A stretch of 64,000 nt of DNA. Source: Harriotta raleighana (lineage: Eukaryota). Position numbers and translations under genes: made by a program. The first letter of the stretch is position 1, and each line of letters starts with the position of its first letter. A model generated the notes under the pieces. It was not told the DNA's origin. It saw only the letters and a list, made by a program, of their open reading frames with translations, and did not search any database. Shown piece by piece: positions 1-10,513 of this stretch. The DNA lies in NCBI GenBank assembly GCA_050575255.1, contig JBNZDD010013660.1:3070594-3134593 (forward strand), in the 5' to 3' direction.

Positions 1-159
1 CCCCCCCCCCCCATCCTTCAGCTTTGATCCCTGCTTGACTGTTCAGCGCTTTGGGACGTCCTCCCGACGTGAAAGGCGCTATCTAAATGTGATTTTGATA
101 TTGATTCCTGATTCTGTGAAGCGATTTGAGACGTCTAATGTAAGAATTATTATCAGTAT

Positions 160-1276
160 ATGTGAGTCTATGCAATTATCAGTGTGTGTGTGTGTCCCTA
201 CGCAGTTGTCAGTGTGTACAGTATGTATCTCTATGCAGTTGTCAGTGTGTACAGTGTGTCTGCAGTGATCAGTATGTGTGTGTGTCTGCAGTGATCAGTN
301 NNNNNNNNNNNNNNNNNNNNNNNNNNNNNNNNNNNNNNNNNNNNNNNNNNNNNNNNNNNNNNNNNNNNNNNNNNNNNNNNNNNNNNNNNNNNNNNNNNNN
401 NNNNNNNNNNNNNNNNNNNNNNNNNNNNNNNNNNNNNNNNNNNNNNNNNNNNNNNNNNNNNNNNNNNNNNNNNNNNNNNNNNNNNNNNNNNNNNNNNNNN
501 NNNNNNNNNNNNTGTGTGTGTGTGTGTGTCTGCTGTGATCAGTATGTGTGTGTCTGCAGTGATCAGCATGTGTGTCTGCAGTGATCAGTATGTGTGTGTG
601 TGTGTGCAGTGATCAGTATGTGTGTGTGTGTGTCTGCAGTGATCAGTATGTGTGTGTGTCTGCAGTGATCAGTATGTGTGTGTATGTGTGTCTGCAGTGA
701 TCAGTGTGTGTGTGTGTCTGCAGTGATCAGAATGTGTGTGTGTGTCTGCAGTGATCAGTATGTGTGTGTGTGTGTGTGTCTGCAGTGATCAGTGTGTGTG
801 TGTGTCTGCAGTGATCAGTATGTGTGTGTGTCTGCAGTGATCAGTATGTGTGTGTGTCTGCAGTGATCAGTATGTGTGTGTGTGTGCAGTGATCAGTATG
901 TGTGTGTGTCTGCAGTGATCAGTGTGTGCAGTGATCAGTATGTGTGTGTGCAGTGATCAGTGTGTGTGTGCAGTGATCAGTGTGTGTGTGTGCAGAGCTC
1001 AGTGTGTGTGTGCAGTGATCAGTGTATGTGTGTGTGTGCAGAGCAGTGTGTGTGTGCAGAGCTCAGTGTGTGTGTGTGTGCAGTGATCAGTGTATGTGTG
1101 CAGAGCTCAGTGTGTGTGTGTGCAGTGATCAGTGTGCAGAGCTCAGTGTGTGTGTGTGTGTGTGCAGTGATCAGTGTATGTGTGTGTGTGTGCAGTGATC
1201 AGTGTGTGTCTGCAGAGCTCAGTGTGTGTGTGTGTGTGCAGAGCTCAGTGTGTGTGTGTGTGTGTCTGCAGAGCTC
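160..1276. repeat. Compound minisatellite of (GT)n tracts separated by CTGCAGTGATCAGT / GCAGAGCTCAGT units, spanning an N gap at 300-512
   Basis: Tandem units directly visible; the Cys/Val-rich ORFs here are translations of the repeat. Confidence 0.95.
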
Positions 1277-1610
1277 ACATGGCCCTGGCCGGCCTCACCA
1301 CGTGCGAGGCTGTGTTTACGCGGCCCCTGATTGGCCGCGCGCTGCCGCTGTGACGCGCCCAGGGCCGGGTGGAACGTCCCCCGGGAGCTCGCAGCGCCGG
1401 CGGCTCCACGTGACGGCAGCAGCGCTGTGTTGATCTGACCCAGATTCTGCAGCTCGACAGCTGGCAGCAGCCTCCCTCCCCCCCCTCCCTCCCTCCCTCC
1501 CACACGTGTCTCCACTTCATCACGTTGTGGCTTGTTGCTGCCTCACTCCCTCCCTCCCTCCCCTCCCCTCCTCTCCACAACAGAAATACGCCGACTGCCG
1601 GCTGCATTGG
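1275..1610 (+). promoter_or_regulatory. GC/CpG-rich putative NR1D2 promoter or enhancer with circadian elements
   Basis: CACGTG at 1299-1304, 1407-1412 and 1503-1508; CACGTT at 1521-1526; NF-Y box (GGCCAATCAG on -) at 1327-1336; RORE (AATCTGGGTCA on -) at 1436-1446; most conspicuous CpG-rich segment upstream of NR1D2 exon 2. Confidence 0.75.
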
Positions 1611-1705
1611 TGTTTTTTTTAATTTAAACCAATAAACTCAGCGAGGCAGACGCATTGCAGTTAATATATCTGTATATATATATATTTATATCTACATACA
1701 AATAA

Positions 1706-1738
<33 letters not shown>

Positions 1739-2604
1739 TATATACACATGTATATCCCACTGTATATGTTGCATATTTGGGGTTTGGGCTGAACAGAAAT
1801 GGTGCTTTTTAAAATTTCCTTCCACCTTGTGTGACTCGGTGGGGAATTCCCCGCGGTTTTCGGTTTGCCTGACTTGCAGATAATGCTCCCTCTCCTTGCG
1901 TTTGGTTATTTAGGGCCTCATGACATCCGTGTGGCTCGGACACGTTTTTCTCCTCCCTCTCTCTCTCTCTCTCTCTCTCTCCTCCCCCCTCCTCTGCGCA
2001 TAACACACACGCACACACACAGGCGAGAAAAAAAAAGCTGAGCCCAAAATAGGTTTTAGGCACAATGGTGGGCATCGGGGAACTTCTTTTTAAACTGTAT
2101 TTGAAGTGAATCCAGTCTCTCTTTCAGTGGATCACATTGGCTTCCGACCTACATATACCGGACTGTATAGTACTGTATAAAGCAGGTTTTTATTTAAGCA
2201 AAATATATAAATTTGTTGCATCTATGGAATGACAAATTTTTCACAAATTTTGGTTTTCTAAGGCAGTTTTTGAGGCTTGTGTGTTTCCACACTAGCTTCA
2301 TTTGAGAGAATATACAGCAGTAATAATGTAGAGCATTAGTGAAGACTTTGTTTCGGACAGCTGAGATTCTGACACGTGAAATGCATTGCTATGTTTAAAC
2401 GAGTCCAAATTAGACAAGAGTCTCAAATACGTATGGTTTCTATCCGACTGTATCGGGTCACACAGTACTTAGCTGATCCCAGGGAATTTAGATGCAGGTT
2501 AAGAAGAGACAAATATTTGGGCAAAATCAAAATGTGTTGAAGTTTAAGCAAACTTCCTGATGCTTGTTTAGCTAGGACCAATCTACCCGTTAGAATTTAG
2601 GCTT

Positions 2605-3070
2605 GCAACATCCAAGCCATGACCCGCTCTGCCTCACCTCTGCAACATTGCCCGACTGCCACTACCTCACCTCCAAGCACCGTGACCCCATCTCCCCCAT
2701 TTTTGCCCGACTCCATTGGCTTCCCCATCATTCAGAAGATTGAATTCAAGATCCTGGTTCTCACCTTTAAATACCTCCGTGGCCTTGCCCCACCCTACCT
2801 CTGCGACCTCCTAACCCCCTACCAACCGGTCCGCTCCTTCTGCCCACTCCACTTCGCCCACCCCAGCCTTCAGCCTCTCTGACCTCAAACGTTGGAATTC
2901 TATCCCGCAATCCCTCCATCTCGTCCCCTCCTTAGTCTCCTTCAAGTCCTGCCTCTTCGACCATGCCATCGGTCACCCTAACTTCCCCTTCCTTCCCTCC
3001 ACTCTCTCCGATCCCAGTGCCTGCTCAGGTTCGATGTGAAAGGCGCTAGACAAGTGTAATTGTGTTGTTG
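2605..3070 (+). mobile_element. L2 LINE 3' fragment
   Basis: Translates to IEFKILVLTFKYLRGLAPPYLCDLL (L2 ORF2 C-terminus); ends in GTGAAAGGCGCTA...TGTAATTGTGTTGTTG tail. Confidence 0.85.
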
Positions 3071-4267
3071 ATACAAGGTTGACAGCTGAACGTGAAGTGC
3101 TTATCAAGAAACTACACAAATCACTTTACAGTTTATTCGGTGAAGCATTTTAAGACTTCTCCATGACTTGAAAAGAGTTGTATCAAATGGAAGCATATTA
3201 TTAAAAATCCTAGGCTCAGTGACTGGTCTACTCCTCCAAGTCCTTCTAACAAGACAGAGTGATTGGTCTGTCGTCTAAAGTGCCAAGATTGTGGGAGATC
3301 TGCCTAGGACTAGTCAATATGTTTTATTAGCAGGCTAGTCATTGAGCGAAAATCAAATGCTGGTAGTCTAGAAGAATAAAAGGTGAAATTACTGGACTTA
3401 AATGTGATGGTGTTTCTTAACGTTAACGTAAATACATTTGCAATCTACTTTATTGTTGTATGAAATGGACGTTCGATGACTAAAAAAAGGACTTGTTTTG
3501 TACAAAATTGATTTCCATTGCTGATCCTAGGAAGTTTCAAATAACTTTTAGCATATGTTTGCAGGTCAACCCACTTCCTGTATTTTGGGGCATTCTAGTA
3601 GATAATGATTAGGTGTTGCTTAAACAGAGTTTGCTTTGGCGGCATAACTGATTTCTTAATACGTCCAGTAATTATAATTACCCTAGATATCATTATAGTA
3701 TGAATAGATATGTTTGTAATAGGCATTCTATATTTTCTATATTCTAAGATTTCAGTGACACTTTTCATTATCTGATCATAAAACACAAAACAACTTTTTT
3801 TTCTTGAAGACATTTATTTTCTCTCTGGACCATCAGGGGTCTACTGTTCAGAACAGTACTCGGAAGGCACTTAATCGTGCAGCCTGGTGAGACGTAGAGA
3901 GCAGCAGGAATAGTCTGTAATTGTAAAACTATAGAACTATGAATCTCAATCAGAAAAGCAAGGTAGATATAGAAAATAGAAGATTTCAGTGTAAATGGGA
4001 AGTGGATTACTTGTTTACAGAAAGTAATAGAAAACCCCAGTGCCTTGTTTGCTAATATCCATTTTGTTGGAGATCAGAGTTAGCTTTACAACTATGGATT
4101 AATCTGTTTTGGTTTTGTTGAGCATATGTTTAAAGTGATTTGGAGCGGACAGGATAGAACTGCATCTTAGGAAATATTTGATCTATATGAAATGATTGAA
4201 AGAGGGCACAAAATGTGATTAAAATCATTCATTTAATCATTGTTTTTTTTTCTTTTTTTAAATACAG

Positions 4268-4543
4268 GTGGAGTGATTACATATATTAGTTCCTCAAGTT
4301 CCAGCTGTAGTCCTGCATCTTATCTTAGTGACAGCTCGGAGAACAGTTTTCAGTCGATTTCGCCTCCAGTTCCTTCATCGCCAAGTGGCTTTATTTCCGA
4401 CAACTTCATTGGCAAGAATGATGTGTCTGTAGAGAATTGTGCATCAAGCTTGGGGAACTCCAACAATGTCCACCTTATGTGTCCAGCCCAAGCCGAAGGA
4501 CTGAGTGGTAATCCTACCACTAAAAGCACGAGCGGCATTACAA
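4268..4543 (+). CDS. NR1D2: NR1D2 coding exon 2 (A/B domain, GGVITYISSSSSSCSPASYLSDSSENSFQS...SGITK)
   Basis: tacag| acceptor and |gtgagt donor, phase 1/1; matches the conserved Rev-erb N-terminal GGVIxYI motif. Confidence 0.93.
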
Positions 4544-4782
4544 GTGAGTTGCTATTAACGTTATGAATGTTATGAATGAGATGCCATCTGGCGTGGAGGG
4601 CGCTATATAATTCGAAGCTGTTGTTGTTGAATATAACTTGATCTTAAATTTATTAGAATAATTGATTTGCAGTGTTTTGATGTATCAATATAATCATGAT
4701 TTTACGAAGAGTAAATTCTAGTTCAGGGTTAACTGATAAGTGGTGCTATAGTTGTTACAGTCTATTGTGTCTTGCTTTTCAG

Positions 4783-4871
4783 AAATAAGTGGCATGATCC
4801 TTCTGTGTAAAGTATGTGGAGATGTGGCATCTGGATTTCATTATGGTGTGCATGCCTGTGAAGGTTGTAAG
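4783..4871 (+). CDS. NR1D2: NR1D2 coding exon 3 (first zinc finger, [24 protein letters not shown])
   Basis: tttcag| and |gtaagg, 89 nt; translated by hand, absent from the ORF track. Confidence 0.97.
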
Positions 4872-7767
4872 GTAAGGAAGTGTTTTTTTGTGTATTTAAA
4901 TAAATAATCATAACAGTTTGTATTCACTCACGTGAGAGAACAGTTCCAGATATCCACAGTCCAATTTTAATGGCTGACTGATATATTAAACCTTTGTAGA
5001 TTCAGATAATATCACAAGCTGGATTCCCCACAACTGAAACACTCTCCCTCTAACCCTCCCTTCTCCTACCCATCTTTCAGTCCTCTCGTAAAGCCTACCT
5101 ACTCACATCATATCTGTGCCTAAGTCCACTCCATCCTTGCTCGGTTTCTGACTCTGTTTTCTTGATGTGAATGTGGTTATATAAATGTAAATTTGTATTG
5201 TCTTTGTATACTACCCTCTGAAAGATGCTTGGGAAATTAAGTTATTGGTTTCTTGCATGTTTAGTTTCAGTTTATGATTTAATATAGTGGTTATTGTGTG
5301 AACAGTAGTATAAAAGAAATTTTGACTACTAGGTGGAAAATTTCTAAAGCTTTGAAGGTTGCTTCAACTCCTCAGTTCAGTTATTATATTTTCTCAAGCT
5401 TGCAATTCACTATTTCTGTTTTGAGTAAAGGGATTAAAAAAAAATATTTTTGGATCCAGGTGGAATGTTGCACACCATTTCCGAGCATTCTGTGTAACAA
5501 ATCTAAAATCTTTTTTTGAAGTGCAGATTACTTGTGTAATTATTTACATTTGATAGCTGGAAAACTATAACGTCTTTGACTGCATCCTTAATGCATGACT
5601 GTGATGATATTCATGTATATGAATAGGCTAGTGAGCCTGTTATGTAGCTGATTGAATGAGAGGCAGTTAATGTATCATTTTATTTGATTAAATGGGAAGC
5701 AGCAAGCAATAGTTGATGGACCTGGTGAACATTGCACTGTAATTTTACAGCCTGAATATGTTGTATAAAATTCTGGTGTGCTGACTGAAACAATAATGAC
5801 AAAGGTTGGATGTGTAGCTCCCCATCTATTGTATCTCAATCCATGATATACATAATGTTTATACAATTAAGTGAAGAGGGAACAAATAAGATTGAAGGTG
5901 AAATTACAGATATGAAAGTAAAGTATTTAATGTAAATTTAATAATAATCATTCTTGCATTTGATAGGACAGTTGATATTAACTGGCACTTAATACATCTT
6001 AACCTGTAATCTTATTATCAATGTTTTATGAATGCTAACTAAGACGATGAATCTAAATCCTTTTTTCTGAAAGTTTATTAGCTAAATGTGTAGTTTCAGA
6101 GACCTATGTACTGTCGTCTCTTTTCATCCTTTTTTTTCCTTCTATGTTACTTTGTTTCCCTTCCTTCATTTTATGTTTTCCCTTTCAGGACTTCTGATCT
6201 ATCAGCAGAATATTTCTGCTGCAATTTTATTCCTAACATTTCTTAGGACTTTGCAAAGTTGCACATGACAGCAACACCACTTTAGTCGATATTAAATTAT
6301 TTCACCGTTCTCCTTTTTTTGGCTGAATACATTGACCTGTGGTGTCATCATTTGTTCTCTGGTAGTTCACCCATGGGACAATTATTTATCTGTAAGCATT
6401 GATGGGGCGGGGTGTGTTGGCAAAGTATTCGACCGCAAGAGCGTCACAGCTGATCCTGATCATATGTCCAATCCAATGTACATACTTGCACATACCTCTT
6501 ATCAAGAGTCATTGCATTGTGATCAGTAGGGGGATTCCTGACTAATCTGACTTAATCTAAGGCACAGAGGCAGAGCTGATGTTTGCCCCCAGATGAGATC
6601 AGATCTCTCAGCCCACATCAAAATTTGCACCTGCAATTTCCCTGTTCATCCAGTTTACTGATTTTTATCAGGTGAGCTTCAAGGAGGCTACTTTAAACAA
6701 GATTAATTGTTCAGTGTAGGATTTTGTCCAATGATCAGTTCTGTGATTGCACGTTGAGCTGGTGTTCTGTATGTTTTTACTGCCGTAACAATTCTTGTCA
6801 CTTAGTGGCACTCAAACAATTTAACATTTTGAAAAAAAAACTGTAGCAGGAATATTATGGTGTTCGAAGTCCTCAAAGAAAGGAAAACAAAAGAACTGTA
6901 AAACAAATAGGATGAAAAGAGATGGTGGATGTGTGGGTATGGGTGTGTGTGTGTACAGATGCATTTGTTATTTATTCAAGCTGTGGGTATGAATGGGTCT
7001 GTTTCCTGGCACAGTTGGGACTTGATGAGGGCGGTAATAATGTTGCACTTATTAAAACGCCAAATGTTGCTTGAGACGTGTTCTGGAACTCTTATCGAGT
7101 GTGTGAGATACCCAGCTTTCGTGAGTTTCCCATTGCTTCTTAAATTGCCCACGTGTCTTAAGCAGATTTCTATTTTTAAAATGATCCGCTCTTCCTTACC
7201 TCTGTTTATATATAGAGAGTATCTAATTTGCTTGTTTTTCAATCTCCAAAAATGGGTCACTGTCAATTAGCAGGCTGTTAGGGATGGCCCCAAGTCTTAC
7301 ACTCATGATGCAGGACAGTCAATCGTGCCAGTGTCGCCAATACTTTAGAAATTGAATTAGTCCTCCTCCTTTATATGGAGAGAAGAGAGGGATTTCAATC
7401 CAAATTGATACAGATGCTAAGTTCCGTCTGTCAGTGTAACATTTCTGAAGATGATGGAGCAGAGATGGAGTTCTGCCGGTTAATGGGCCCTTCCAAAGGA
7501 AGATAATACTCCTTTCAAGGGAGTTGGCAGATAAGATTCTAGTTTGTGCTAATGTTTGGTATCTCAGTATTTTTCAGTATTGTTGCTGGATGTTCTGCAC
7601 AGCAGAAGAAAAAAAATCACAAAGCGACAGCTTTTTTTTTTCCAGACGTGAATATATTTTGTCGCACTAAGAAACATGGCATATTCTACTTCAATGATTA
7701 TTTATTCAATATATTTATTATAAATACTTACATCATCTTAAAAACCCTCTTGTAATTTTTTTTGCAG

Positions 7768-7912
7768 GGATTTTTCAGAAGAAGCATTCAGCAGAATATC
7801 CAATATAAGAAGTGCCTAAAAAATGAAAACTGTTCCATAATGCGGATGAATCGGAACCGGTGCCAACAGTGCCGCTTCAAGAAGTGTCTGTCCGTAGGGA
7901 TGTCCCGAGATG
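7768..7912 (+). CDS. NR1D2: NR1D2 coding exon 4 (second zinc finger, [48 protein letters not shown])
   Basis: tgcag| and |gtgagc, 145 nt; [15 protein letters not shown] is the NR1D2-type rather than NR1D1-type sequence. Confidence 0.97.
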
Positions 7913-8321
7913 GTGAGCATTGTATTTCAGCCAAAAATGGTCTTACTAAGTTGTATCAAATGCTTGATTAAGGCAATTTGATCTTGAACAGAAAGCTAAA
8001 CTTATCAACCTGGCCTTTTTACCTTTCTGCCCACACACTCTGAAACCATCCCTTCACCTCGTCCTTTCCCATTACTTCCTTCAAGGCGCGTCTGAAGATC
8101 TTCCTATTTGACCATGTGTTTGGTCTTCTTCCAGGCCCCAAACCTTAGCTCTCAAACGCTCTTGACCCGACCCCCAGCTCAGGTCAAACCTTTCACTGTC
8201 CAGTGCCTTGGAATATCTTCCCGATGTGAAAGGTGTTATAATAATGATTTATTGTTGTTGCTGCTTTATTAGGATATATTTTTGATTGAGAAAAGTTTGA
8301 TATCCTGTTTTACTTTTACAG

Positions 8322-8872
8322 CGGTTCGATTTGGACGCATTCCTAAGCGTGAGAAGCAGAGAATGCTGATCGAAATGCAAAGTGCAATGAAAAACATGAT
8401 GAATAAGCAGCCAAATGGCTATGTACAGGAAGAAATCTCTCCTCCACAGCTGTCACAGTCAGAGCCACAAATGGCCCTGAGGCCAGACATTGTTGAGGAT
8501 GAAGTAATTGGTACAGTGCCCATGGTTCACAAGGAAACTTTTATCTGTACCCAGGATAAGGCGGACAAAATGTCAGAAGCCTTTCAGTTCCAGAATGTGG
8601 AGACCGTTCAAAAAAACCAAGATGATAACAACTGGATAAATGGAATTAATGGGATCCACTGTTTCAACAATGCAAACAAACACAAGCTCTACAGTGTACA
8701 TAAGATTAATAACCAAATATTTTGCCCAACTGGGCACACAGATACATTCATAAACCGGAACTGCCATACCGTTTCCAATGGGTACATGCAAAAAACTCTT
8801 GCAGAGGATGGGAATTGTCAAAATGAGACCCCTAATAACTGCCATTGGACCACAGAAAGAAGAAAGCATTTG
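8322..8872 (+). CDS. NR1D2: NR1D2 coding exon 5 (C-terminal extension and hinge, AVRFGRIPKREKQRMLIEMQSAMK...RKHL)
   Basis: tacag| and |gtgagt, 551 nt, open frame. Confidence 0.95.
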
Positions 8873-9123
8873 GTGAGTTTACAGTCTGTGGGCACAAGGT
8901 TGAATGAAGTCTGTGTGTAGCTTTTTATTGGTCACTGAAAACCTGACTTTGTGGATAATTCTGTGTTAAGAACAAATAGTAAAGATATCAATATAAAAGT
9001 TGAGCTATTTCTATATTGCGTTAAAATCTTATCAGGAGTATTTTCATAGAATCTAAATCAAATTTGTAATATGGAAGTCACAAGCCTAAATAAAATACTC
9101 AAATGTTTTTGTTGTTTGGTTAG

Positions 9124-9309
9124 GTCTGTCCAATGAGCATGTCCCCGCATGTAGACCCTAATAAATCAGAACAGGAAATCTGGGAGGAATTCTCCATGAG
9201 TTTCACACCCGCAGTTCGAGAGGTGGTGGAATTCGCAAAACGTATACCTGGATTCAAAGATCTATCGCAACATGATCAAGTCAGCTTACTTAAAGCTGGG
9301 ACATTTGAG
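9124..9309 (+). CDS. NR1D2: NR1D2 coding exon 6 (LBD, VCPM...FAKRIPGFKDLSQHDQVSLLKAGTFE; includes the heme-ligand Cys of HLVCP)
   Basis: ttag| and |gtatgt, 186 nt. Confidence 0.97.
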
Positions 9310-9712
9310 GTATGTACATGCTTTTTTGTTTGTTTGCTTTAGCACATGAAGCTTTGTACTTGTTTGAAGCTTTGTACTGATTCTACACTCATGATTGTAG
9401 GGTTGGGGTTGGATTTTGACAGTTCTGAGTCAGAAAGTTTGGGTTCAAGCCCCACATTGGGACTTTGAACTCAGGCTGGCAGTGCAGTACTGTCCTGGAG
9501 TCTTTTACGCCCCACAATTGATGCCAAAGTGTGTGTGTGTGTGTAATATATAGTTATATATATATATATATCTATATATAAAAATTGTACGGGTTTGAAA
9601 AATACTTGAACAAAAAAAGCCTATTATGCTTTTCTTGTTGTAAAAGTTTATGAATGTTGAATCATGCAGCTTTTTCGCTGATGTGTTAATGGATATCTGT
9701 TTCTGTTGGCAG

Positions 9713-9923
9713 GTGTTAATGGTGCGGTTTGTGGCTCTGTTTGATGTGAATGAGCGTACGGTCACATTTCTCAGTGGAAAGAAATATGGCATTGAAGAGT
9801 TGCGTGTGCTGGGGACAGGAGATTTGTTGACTGCCATGTTTGAGTTTAGTGAGAAGCTGGGTACACTTCAGCTCAATGAAGAAGAAATGAGCTTATTCAC
9901 TGCTGTCGTCCTGGTTTCAGCTG
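9713..9923 (+). CDS. NR1D2: NR1D2 coding exon 7 (LBD, VLMVRF...FTAVVLVSA)
   Basis: ggcag| and |gtaagg, 211 nt. Confidence 0.97.
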
Positions 9924-10316
9924 GTAAGGAAAAGATTGTGTTCTAAATAGGTGGTTCATAGAACAATTTTTATGCCTTGTATATTGAGATGTAATTCTTG
10001 CTTCCAAATGTGTCAAAATAAAACTATAATAAAAGGAAAAGCATACCCAAGATGATCAAGCCATAAATGCCAGTTATTATCCAATAAGTAACTTTTAAGG
10101 GGAAACACTGTTGTTCCCCAATCTCTAAAATGGAGGTAGGCACAGTAGACAGTGGGATCCTTGGGACAGACAAAGACATTACAGTAAGATGGTTTAAAAA
10201 TTTAAAAAGATTTTTTTGAATGTTGAAAGTGTTATTTAGTGGAACTGTTTTCCACACAAATGTACTTGGTGAATATTAATGAGATTATCAATGTTTTCTT
10301 TGTTTTTATTTCCTAG

Positions 10317-10513
10317 ATCGATCAACTATAGAAAATGTTAACTCTGTAGAACAGCTGCAAGAAATACTAATTCGAGCACTCAGAACCTTAATTATGAAGA
10401 ATCATCCAAACGAATCCTCCATTTTTACCAAACTGCTGTTGAAATTGCCCGACCTGCGGTCTCTTAACAATATGCATTCAGAAGAACTATTGGCCTTCAA
10501 AATCCATCCTTAG
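10317..10513 (+). CDS. NR1D2: NR1D2 last coding exon (DRSTIENVNSVEQLQE...DLRSLNNMHSEELLAFKIHP*), no AF-2 helix as expected for Rev-erb
   Basis: cctag| acceptor, TAG at 10511-10513; heme-ligand His in NNMHSEEL retained; translated by hand. Confidence 0.97.

Noticed and set aside
513-1276. CRISPR-like look of a regularly spaced GCAGTGATCAGT repeat
   Set aside because: Spacers are only (GT)n, no cas genes, vertebrate context.
3939-3962. ATGAATCTCAATCAGAAAAGCAAG|gtagat as NR1D2 exon 1
   Set aside because: Phase 0; splicing to 4268 gives GTG GAG TGA, an immediate stop.
4350-4538. Antisense ORFs over exons (4350-4538, 8573-8869, 35926-36141, 38871-39119) and the many other 60-130 aa ORFs
   Set aside because: Shadows of real exons, transposon fragments or chance ORFs; no independent coding signal.
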